Source: Camelus dromedarius | Taxonomy: Eukaryota | NCBI RefSeq assembly: GCF_036321535.1 | Contig: NC_087437.1 | Location: 14,944,001 to 15,008,000 of the forward strand | Length of the DNA stretch: 64,000 nucleotides | Reading direction: 5' to 3' | Shown here: piece after piece, positions 55,220-64,000 of the stretch | How the letters are laid out: every line of letters starts with the position of its first letter | Position numbering within the stretch: the stretch's first letter is position 1 | The notes under the pieces: model-generated | Databases searched by the model: none | Seen by the model: only the letters and a program-made list of their open reading frames with translations | What the model was told of the DNA's origin: nothing | Position numbers and translations under genes: made by a program

Positions 55220-58200
55220 TGTGTTGAGAATCAGGACAGTTTATTGTTTGATCAACATGCTGAGTCTTCCACATTTTACACAGTTTTATGTAAAGTCGAT
55301 GTGGCCATTTAAGCCTGCTGAGCCAGGAAGAGATGGAAAAACCACCCTCTGGGCTCCTCATGACCAATCACTTTTATGGGGACAGGTGCGGGGAAAGGTG
55401 ACACACACCACGTGATACAGGCTGGCCGTCAATGTATGGAGGCTTCCCAGCGGAAGGAAGCGTCCGGACCCCATTGCAAGGATAAACCACGCCCTGCCGG
55501 GAATGTCAGCCACACGGGGGTCTGGCGTCCAGGGAGTTTACACACTGAAAGCCCAAGGTTTTAGAACACTGAAGTAGTTCATTTCAAACAACAAATTCAA
55601 AGGATGCCCTGGTCTGACAATCAGAGTGGACTTGGGGACTGGCCCTTCTTTGCAATGGAGGAGCCTGAAATGTACATGGATTCTCTCCTGGCTCACTCAG
55701 ATGCGCCGGACAGACTCTTACATCTGGACCAGAGTAAGGATGGTCTGAGGAGCACGCGTGCCCAGCAGCGCTCTGGGTGCCAGTGTACATCACGTTTGTA
55801 CACACAGGTCGGTGATGGATGAAATATGGAAACACCTTGCTTCTGACCACGACTGCCTTGCTCGGTGATGATAAGGAAGTCACCCTTCTCCGTCTTGGTT
55901 TTCCTGACTGTGGCATAGGAAGGGTTATGAGCCCCCCGCCTCACTCTGCTGTAGCCAGGTGACAATGCCTCACATTCTTGGGGAGAGGTAGTTAGGAAAC
56001 CAGTGCACACACAACCTTGCTTGGTTGATGCACAGACACGCTTCTGCTCAGCTGCCCCTCATGGCTCAGACATGCCTCACAGCCCTCGGCTACCTATTCT
56101 CACATCCTGACATCCTCACCTGCCTTCTGCCATGTGAAGGAATGAGGCTGCTCTGCCTACAGGAACACCGAAGCCAGCGGTGCCATTATTGTCACACCTG
56201 GTACCTGAGGGCAGGGGCTCCCAGCACTGGCTGGCCCCTGGGAGGACAGAGATGTCGCACTCAAGACGTGTCTGCACCCTTAGCTACCACCATTTCTGTT
56301 TGTTGCCTGAGATACTTAAACCCATCTGGCCATTGCTCCTCAGACCTGGGACATTACCGTTTGAGGGTGCTGACAGGAAGTCAGTGGCGACAGTGATGTC
56401 AGGGAGGCCAACGACCAAGTCACCACACTTGCTAACCTCGGACCACACAGCCACAGTTCCAGCACTCAGGATGCTGGAGTCCTGCTTTCACTCCGGCGTG
56501 TGTGTGCATTCACAGATACACTTCCTGCTTTCCCCATCGTATGCACGATTTTTCAGATGCCCACACAACAGAAGCTTTCTTGACAACTTTTCTTTGAGAT
56601 TCCTCAAAGAAAAAAGAGGGCTACAGAAGATGACTCTGCTCAACTTCCAGGTCAGGGCTGCTCTGTGCGGAAGGGGACCAAACCACTGGTAAACTGAGAT
56701 CACTTCCTAAAAGGCTTCCTGCCCTTTGCCTCTCGCTAGCCCACCTGGATACGCAATTATGAGGTACTCTCACCAGGGATGCTGAGGACTTTCATGACAT
56801 TTTCTACAAGGAAATGTGATCATTTCACTATTGAACCTAAACTCTGAGTCAAGATCCTACCTACAAGCAAGAGGACAGTGATGACACCAGCCTAAAGCAG
56901 GAGCCAATGACCCAACGCCCTTCTATGCCAGAGCTCCAGCTGCCCCGACACACCCTGGAACGAGGGGTATAGATCAGGCCTGAGGAAACGGGGCCCAGGG
57001 AACCAAGATGGGAGGATGGGAGAAGGCAATCCACCCTCACCTTCAGAGGGAGCGCCTGGGCTCAAGAGGGAGGATTTTGTGTACGTGCTGGGAAAGGAGG
57101 GTTCCCGGAGGCCACATGGAGCCACGTGGTATCTACTGCGTCTCTTACTGTTCCTCAAGGCTGTGATGGAAAAAAACGTTCGTGGTGCCTTGGATATGTG
57201 TGCACCTGAGAAGGGGGCTGAGTTTCTACCTTTTTTTACAAGAATGTTTTAAGAAAAAGGACTGTTTAGTACCAAGAAAATAAAATCCACCATCCATTCA
57301 TTCACTGAGACCGAATGAGATCCCTACACGTGGGGCTCTCCCAGGGGCCACAAGCAATGGGCCTCACTGCCAGCCAAGCCGGGTGCTGTCACCTGGACCC
57401 CTGTGAATTCTCACAAGGTAAGTAAACGCTCTTCCAACAAGCACCACTTGGGGGTGTGCCATGGGGGGGGTACTGGCCCACGCGGGCACGCACACCTGTG
57501 CATATAAGTACATAGGGAAATGGTGTGCATATTCCTGTGGGGCTATTTTTGCCTGTAGGTAACACGTCTATGCGTTATTTTATTGATGGCAAGACAATCA
57601 CAAGTTTTGGGACAATATTAAGTATTTCTTATTTCAACACGTTGCAGTACTTTTGAATTTCCAAAACAGTTATCACAATGCAAATTCCAACTTGAGAGCA
57701 GGAAAAACAAGAATATACATTGAGCACATGTATCTCTGTGAGAATGTGTGTGGTAGGTGTATACACAAGTCTATCTCTATACATAATTATGTACACACAT
57801 ATAAAAACTAAACACGTGACATTGGAATTACGGTCGTACATCGGTCTTTGCCTTCTGGAAGAGGAGCTCAGTGGAAACCCTGCTTCCTCTTTTCTTCTCC
57901 TGAAGATAAATTCCTCTCTAAAGATCAGCTCTGACATACAGTCTCCTGGGCTGAGTGTGTGGCAGGCCCCCTGGCTAAATGTCAGTGAGGTCTGCCAGGT
58001 TCTGCTGCGCTAACTGGCTGCCATTTTGGATTAGTTTCCGAGAAGTTCCAAATGCGTTGCAGTAACTTATTGGAGCCCTGTTTTATGGAGGAATTTACCC
58101 CCTACCACACCCCAGATGGTCATTTAGCTCATCTGTGACAAGCCAAACAGCAGCCTGGAGAAGAGTCAATGCCGGCTTGGAGGGCGGGGTTTACTGTTTC

Positions 58201-59667
58201 GGGCCAGAGTTGCTGCCCACTGCCTGGTTTCATGCAGGCTCGGGGTTGGTGAGGCTGGATCTATTTGGAATGCTGGCCAGGCGGGCTACATCACTTTGTG
58301 GAAGAGAAAGTTCTCTTCAGAAGTTTTACAGGTAGGTCTTCAGGACTAAGCCCTTCTCAGAAATGAATCAAAAATGGCAAGGAGGCTCTCCCTGGGCAGG
58401 CTTCCGGAGACCCTGCCTCCGCCCTACCCTCGGGCAACCGGAGTACTGGTACAATGTCTGCAAAGCTCTGTGCACACAGATTTCAACTACACTGGGCCAA
58501 TGTGGCAGAAACACGTCAAGAGGTCAACTTTTCCAAAACAGCACTCAACAGTGTCAGCAACCAAGCATCAGTGAATATGCACCCTCCAGGCGGCAGCTCT
58601 GCAGACAACCCTCCCTTCCCTAATCACAGGTGGACCAACACTGCGCCATGCAGGCTCCAGCATCCCTGGCATCCAAGGAGGAGGGCTTCAGGGGGGCACA
58701 CGCCGAGTTTCCTTTTGCCCTTCCCTTAGCTTCAACCTAGACATGTGTGCTGACTGCTGGACAGGTTGGTTAAAACATTTTCAGAACTACACATGGTGCC
58801 CCAATTCTATAAACCACACATTGCCCCAGCCCACAGTGGTCAACAGCACCCCATCCGTCCCATGGCCTCTTCTTCTGCCAATCACTGGGCAGACCACAGA
58901 GCACAGACGGTTGCCTGTGGCAAGTGCCCTCCACCCCTTCAAGGCTTTTCATGGAGAAGAAAAAGAGGCATAAGTAATTCCAGTGGGCCTGTGGCTGGGC
59001 TCCCTGCAGTCCACAAGGCCTTAATTTCAGCTTGGGGCGGTAGCTGATGTCCCTACCCTGTACACAAAAGGACAGGGTCAGAGCTGCCTCTTCAGAGACT
59101 GTTTCGTTCAGTGTTTGATTTAACCAGGTGGGGCCTGTTTGTGTTGGTCTGGGCCAGACAGCCCAGGATTGGAGCCGAATTAAATTGCCCAGATTAATTG
59201 TTTTAATCTATTGGGCTGGGGGCAGGAGGAGGGCAGAGGGGATGAACCCTTCAAAGAGGACAGGAAGGAGGAGGTGCGTGGAAAAGGTTCTCTGTAAGTT
59301 TACAAATATACAAAAACAAAAAAAGCACATCTTTCAAATAAAAATGACTACATTTTTATCTGGCAAAAAGTTGTATACACATGATTTAAATTTTTTTTTT
59401 TAATTTTAACAGTTTTTGGCAATCTTAATAAAGTACAATATATTACAACCAAACCAAAAAATAGTTGTTTAAGTAACAGCTGTTAAGAGTGACGTGACCC
59501 CTGATGCCCAGCCTCCCGCCCCACCCCACCCGACTCCTAGAGACAGAGAGAAAAGAAAAATCCTCCCATCTGGATAAGCTCATTTCCCACCCCCCCTTAG
59601 GAAGCTAACCAATAGGAAGCAACACAACAAGCGAGTAGTGTCAGAGGAAGCCGGTGGTCAGGCTGCA
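55220..59667 (-). other. RAB6B: RAB6B long 3'UTR (approximate distal end)
   Basis: Repeat-poor sequence with AU-rich blocks after the stop; minus-strand AATAAA at 55240-55245 and 57579-57584. Confidence 0.65.
55240..55245 (-). terminator. Probable distal RAB6B polyA signal
   Basis: tttatt on + = AATAAA on -; downstream minus-strand TCTTGTCTACTGTTTCT GU/U-rich element. Confidence 0.65.
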
Positions 59668-59732
59668 TTAGCAGGAGCAGCCGCCCTCGCTGGCCGGGGG
59701 CTCCTGGGGTTTGTCCAGCTTGATGTCGATCA
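59668..59732 (-). CDS. RAB6B: RAB6B last exon, coding part (65 nt incl. TAA)
   Basis: minus strand ctgcag|TGATCGAC...TGCTCCTGCTAA. Confidence 0.94.
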
Positions 59733-61412
59733 CTGCAGGGGGAGGGGCTAAGGAAGATGACGCTCCCGGAGGAGATCCCGCCCCCGCCCCTTGTACCCTC
59801 ATCTGCCCCGCTCAGCCTCTCCGTCCCTCCGCAGATACCCAGGGACTCGCTCTTCGCTTGGCCTGGGTGGGAAGGATGCGAGTCACGAGCTCCCAACCCT
59901 CCTGCTCTTCCTCAGCCCTCCCACAAGCCCTCACCGCCATCCACCCGAAGCTAAGCTTGACCTGGGCTGTGGGATGACCGTCGAAACAGAGGCAGGCCAG
60001 ATCCTTTCTCAGAAGCCTTCCCGGGGACCCACTGCTGCTGGAGCGCCGCCTCCCAGCCCCCACCCCAGAGAGCACTCCAGGTGGAGAGCCCGCCGGCCGG
60101 GCATGGATCTCACCTCGCAAGTCACGGGGCCACGGGGCCCTTGCCCGGGGTGGCGTAGCCACCTCGACCCCTCAAGCTCCCAGTCAGAGCGGGTCAGTTA
60201 GACCCCGCGGCGGCTGCTGCTGCTGCTGCTGCTGCTGCTGCGAGAAGCCACCTCCCTCGGAAGGGCCTCAGCACAGCCCCCTCTCCAGCTCCTTCCGTCA
60301 GTGCCGTGAGGACTGTGGGCAGGAGAAGCAGCCATCAGAACCCCAGAGGCGTGGGTGCTAAATGCTCAGCCAGGCTGTTCCCGCTGCCCTCACCAGGCTG
60401 AGAACCCCGTCAGGCCAGGCCTGGTCACAGCTGAGGCCCAGGCCCTCAGCCCCGCCCAGAATCGACGTCCCCTGCCGGGCTCCGGGCTGCTGTGGGTCTT
60501 CACCGGGGCTGGGAGCAGTGGAGGGAGAGGCAGCCCTGCTCTGGGGCCCGTAGCTGGCGTCCTAGGGAGGGATGGGGCCCCATGCAAGGATGATGGGGGA
60601 GCTTCTTTCAGGGTTAAATACTATAAAAAGCCATTCGTCCTCAAAAGACCACCTTCCCTCCTTCCCACTTTTTGCCCACGCAGCCACGGCATATACTCTG
60701 AGTACGACTTTGTCCCTGACTTTGCCTTATTCTCCCTACACCCTAGTTCTCTTATGTGTGTATGCACATATAACGGGCATTTTTATCTTGTTTTGTGTGT
60801 ATATATAGGGTATATATACATAAACACATTTTAAAATAACATTCAGAGTATAAAGAAACTAGTAAACAGACAATAAACAACTACCTTCCTTCCCACTGGG
60901 CAATTCAGACTGCCTCTCTGAGCCTCCGTTTCTGCTTCTGTGTGTGGCCTGCGGTTTGGGGTGACTCTGAGTGGCGTGCAGACCCTGCCCCTGGAACAGC
61001 GCGGAGGCCGGGGGCTGTGCAGGGCTGGGCCGAGGAAGCAGGCAGGACAGGGAAGGAGGCACCTGGGAGGGGAGCTGTCTTGTGTAGAGGAGTTGAACCA
61101 CGTTGAAATCATGTCTCAGCGCACAGAAGTGGAGAGTCTACTTGTCCCCGTGAAATACAAATCTATGCTCACTGGAAAGGGCAGAGTTACTGTTTCTCAC
61201 TTCCCGCCCTGCACCGTCCCTCCACACACAACCCTCTGGCATCCCCACGCTGTTTTGGAAGTAGAAGCTTAGATAGTTCGAGCTGGATGGGGTCTCAATG
61301 CAGACCCAGGAGGCCAGCTTCATCCCTGTCAAAGGAAAAGGATACTCCCTTCTTTGCTTTTCTCCTGGACATTCTCCATTCCAGGCAGAGCAGAGGCCAC
61401 ACGTCGGAAGAG
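59668..61412 (-). CDS. RAB6B: Ras-related protein Rab-6B, last two coding exons (5' part continues beyond the window)
   Basis: Spliced translation [43 protein letters not shown], with the CXC prenylation motif. Confidence 0.95.
60214..60240. repeat. (CTG)9 / (CAG)9 trinucleotide repeat
   Basis: cgcggcgg followed by ctg x9, in the last RAB6B intron. Confidence 0.95.
61346..61412 (-). CDS. RAB6B: RAB6B penultimate exon (67 nt)
   Basis: minus strand ctctccag|CTCTTCCGA...GAAGGGA|gtatcctttt. Confidence 0.93.
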
Positions 61413-61899
61413 CTGGAGAGAGGGGGAGACGCAGTGTGAGCCCCAACCCCTCCCTCCCTGCTCCCGTGTCTCCGCCCTCTCACCTATTCTCCTGACCTGG
61501 GGCTCTGCTCTCCTTCTGTCCCGCCCTGGACGGCGGGGGCTGCACCTGACCTCTCCCGCGCCCCAGCGCCTCTCACAGCGTTGGGTCACAGCAGGCCCCT
61601 CACCCAGGGAGGCTGGCCATGGGGTCACCAGGGGCTGGACGTGGCTCATGCTGACAAGGGACCTACCCCAGTGTGGAAAATGATCCAGGCCCTGGGAGAC
61701 GAGCACTCAGGCAGGCTTCTGTCCCACTGCCCACGTGGGGACCAGGCGTGGGGAACAGACTTTCTATCTGCCCTTGAGACAATGACCCTCTTCTCTGGAA
61801 GCCTTGTGAGTCCAAGGGCGTCAAGGCAGCTGAGTGCGGGAGACTGTTTGCTGGGAATAAGGACACAGGAGTGTGAATGTGATATTATGGCTTTGCTTG

Positions 61900-62092
61900 G
61901 GTTGTGGGTGTGAGTGTGATGTCTATGTTGTGTGTAGAGCAGTACATGTGGTATGGATGTGCACGTGTGGCATCTGTGTGTGTGTGTGAATCTGTGTAAG
62001 TGTGGGGGGATGTGAGTGTGCGCGGCGTGTGTGCACAGGTGGGGTTCTGTGCATGGGGAGAACTCTGTGTGTGTGTGTGTGCGCGCGCGTGT
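61900..62092. repeat. Degenerate GT-rich low-complexity tract
   Basis: Multiple (GT)n and (GC)n runs. Confidence 0.75.
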
Positions 62093-64000
62093 GGCTGGCA
62101 GGTTTGGGGCTGGCAGACGTGGAATCTAGGGGTGACAACAAGTACAAGGCAGAAGTACAAGGCACCAGAAGACTGTGAACGCTCTCCCGTCTCCCCACAA
62201 ACACCAGCTGCAGGAACCTGATGGGCTCTCTGAAGACAAGGTGAGTCTTATCCATGGTCTCACCCCGGAGCCCAGCCCTGTGGGAGCACCCAGGCTGGGT
62301 GACAGGACCGAGGGCCCGAGTTGGGAAGATGGCGGCCTCGGCACGGGATGGGGCCCCGTGGCTGGGCTGCAGGGGGGCTCCAGAGCAGGGCGGGCAGAAG
62401 TGGCAGAGAGTACAGAGGGCCCAGTCCCTCCCCTGAGCCTTCCTCCATGGCCTCGCCCCAGGCAGCCCTGCTCTGCCTGTCTGGCTCTCACAGTGGTCTC
62501 AGCCTTTGCCAGTGGTCAAGCTGCCAGTTAGATGGAAGCTCTTGGGGTACATGCAGGCCTCCGAGAGCAGATATGATTACATTCAGAGTCCAGGAGTCTG
62601 CACTGCATGGAGACTCCTCTGAACCACACAGGGTTTGAACTGAACTGACCATATTCAACCCCTGCTCAGACCATCACCTGGCTTCAGAGCATTCTGGAAA
62701 GCATCTCCCTGATGCCGACTCCTGGGACCACATCCTCTGCTTCCCTGCCCCCCATGCCTTTCCATCAGCGCCGCACAGAGCAGCAGCCCAGTGTCTTCTG
62801 TAGGCCTCCAGGGACAGGTAGCTCCCCCTTCCAGGGGACCCCACGGCAGCCCCCGACTTACATGGAAGGAGGCTGGGAAGGGGATGGGAGCCAATGTGAA
62901 CATTGAAGGCACTCCAAGTGGGGCAGGGGGTACTGAGTCCTGGGGGTTTGGGGCCTCCTTTTCTGTCCCTTCCCACTCCTCTGCCACCTCCCACTGGCAC
63001 TAGCACTGGCACTGCCCAGTGGGGATGGACCTTCACTGCCTCTGGCCAGCTTCTGGGCACTGCTGGGGCAGCAGGGCAGAAGTGACCCCGGCCAGGCCCC
63101 GACACACCTCCAGCTGCTCCTGTGCCCATGCTGGTCCCCTGGCCCAGATCGCCCTCCCTCATTGCCTCTCCCAGTCCTCTTTTCCAGGAAGACAGGGGTT
63201 CCTCACCTTTTTTAACGAAAGACTCCTTTGGTGATCTGGTAGAGCCTATGGGCTTCTTTTAAGTGTGTGAAATAAATTACATAGGAATTTTGTATAAAGG
63301 AAACCATTTAGGATTCAGATAGACTTCTACAAATCTTTAAGACACAGACTTGTGACGCGGCAGCACCTCACGGACTCATGGACGTGTTAAGGAGCAAAAG
63401 CTGGCAGCGGGTCTGAACCCCTGAGATACTGAGGTAGGGATGTGTGTAAAGTTCCAGAAACCCACGACCCTGGAAGGTGACAAGAAAGCAGCTGTGACCA
63501 CTGTTGCGATGATGCTGCTAACATCTGGAGTCGTGCTGCCCACGCTCACCGCTGCAGGAAACGCAGGAGACCTGATAGAGGCTAGTGAAGAGACAGGTGG
63601 GGTTTCTTCCCACCTAAGTCCACTGACCGGCCAAACCATCCACGGACTCCTTGGGGGTCTGTGGACCCAGGAGAAGCCCCCTGCTCTGAGGCTTAGCCCT
63701 GTCCCTCTGTGGCTCCTCTGATGATTCTGACTGCCCAGAGCTCCAAGGCATGTGGGTCGGCCCTTTCCTCCGAGCCTGCCTGGACCTCCCAGCTCAAGCA
63801 CAAGGCCTGAAACCCCAAAATGCTGATTAGATAGAATTTCCTGCACCCCCATCCCAAGTTAGGTAAGAGGGAGGGACTGCTGCTTCTCTCGGCCACCTGG
63901 AAGTTGGTGGCTGGACACACACGGCGGGCTCAGGGTCTGCCAGGCTGGTTGCCGTGTGTGGCTAATGCTGACATCTCCCGACACCCTGAGAGTGAGTGCT

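Noticed and set aside
61270..61320. Possible extra RAB6B exon (minus-strand WVCIETPS resembling MFIETSA)
   Set aside because: Lies downstream of the penultimate exon, in the wrong order, and similarity is only a few residues; the true upstream exons are not visible in the window
54050..64000. Many 60-170 aa ORFs in the six-frame track
   Set aside because: Expected by chance in GC-rich UTR/intron DNA; no recognisable domains apart from the two RAB6B exons

Overview
Mammalian (eutherian) genomic DNA. The lineage-specific tRNA-derived SINEs and the ungulate-type transferrin sequence suggest a camelid; this is inference. The window holds three genes. (1) Serotransferrin TF on +, exons 3-17 (3260-25146). 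The 1911 coding nt visible splice in frame, all iron/anion ligands are intact, and exons 1-2 lie upstream of the window. (2) Complete SRPRB on +, 7 coding exons (29995-48408, 816 nt = 271 aa), with a CpG-island promoter. (3) The 3' end of RAB6B on -: last two coding exons plus a ~4.4 kb 3'UTR. The rest is introns and intergenic DNA filled with L1, L2, MIR, MaLR, hAT/Tigger DNA transposons and SINEs. I found no convincing wholly new biological system. The most interesting items are a U12-type last intron in RAB6B, several unusual retroposition products (a tailless SINE with a perfect 17-bp TSD, a SINE/L1 chimera, internally deleted L1s, an L1 ORF2 fragment inside an L1 3'UTR), a patchwork duplication around SRPRB exon 4, and phase compatibility for a TF-SRPRB read-through fusion. 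Repeat family names and boundaries come from recognition by eye and are approximate.
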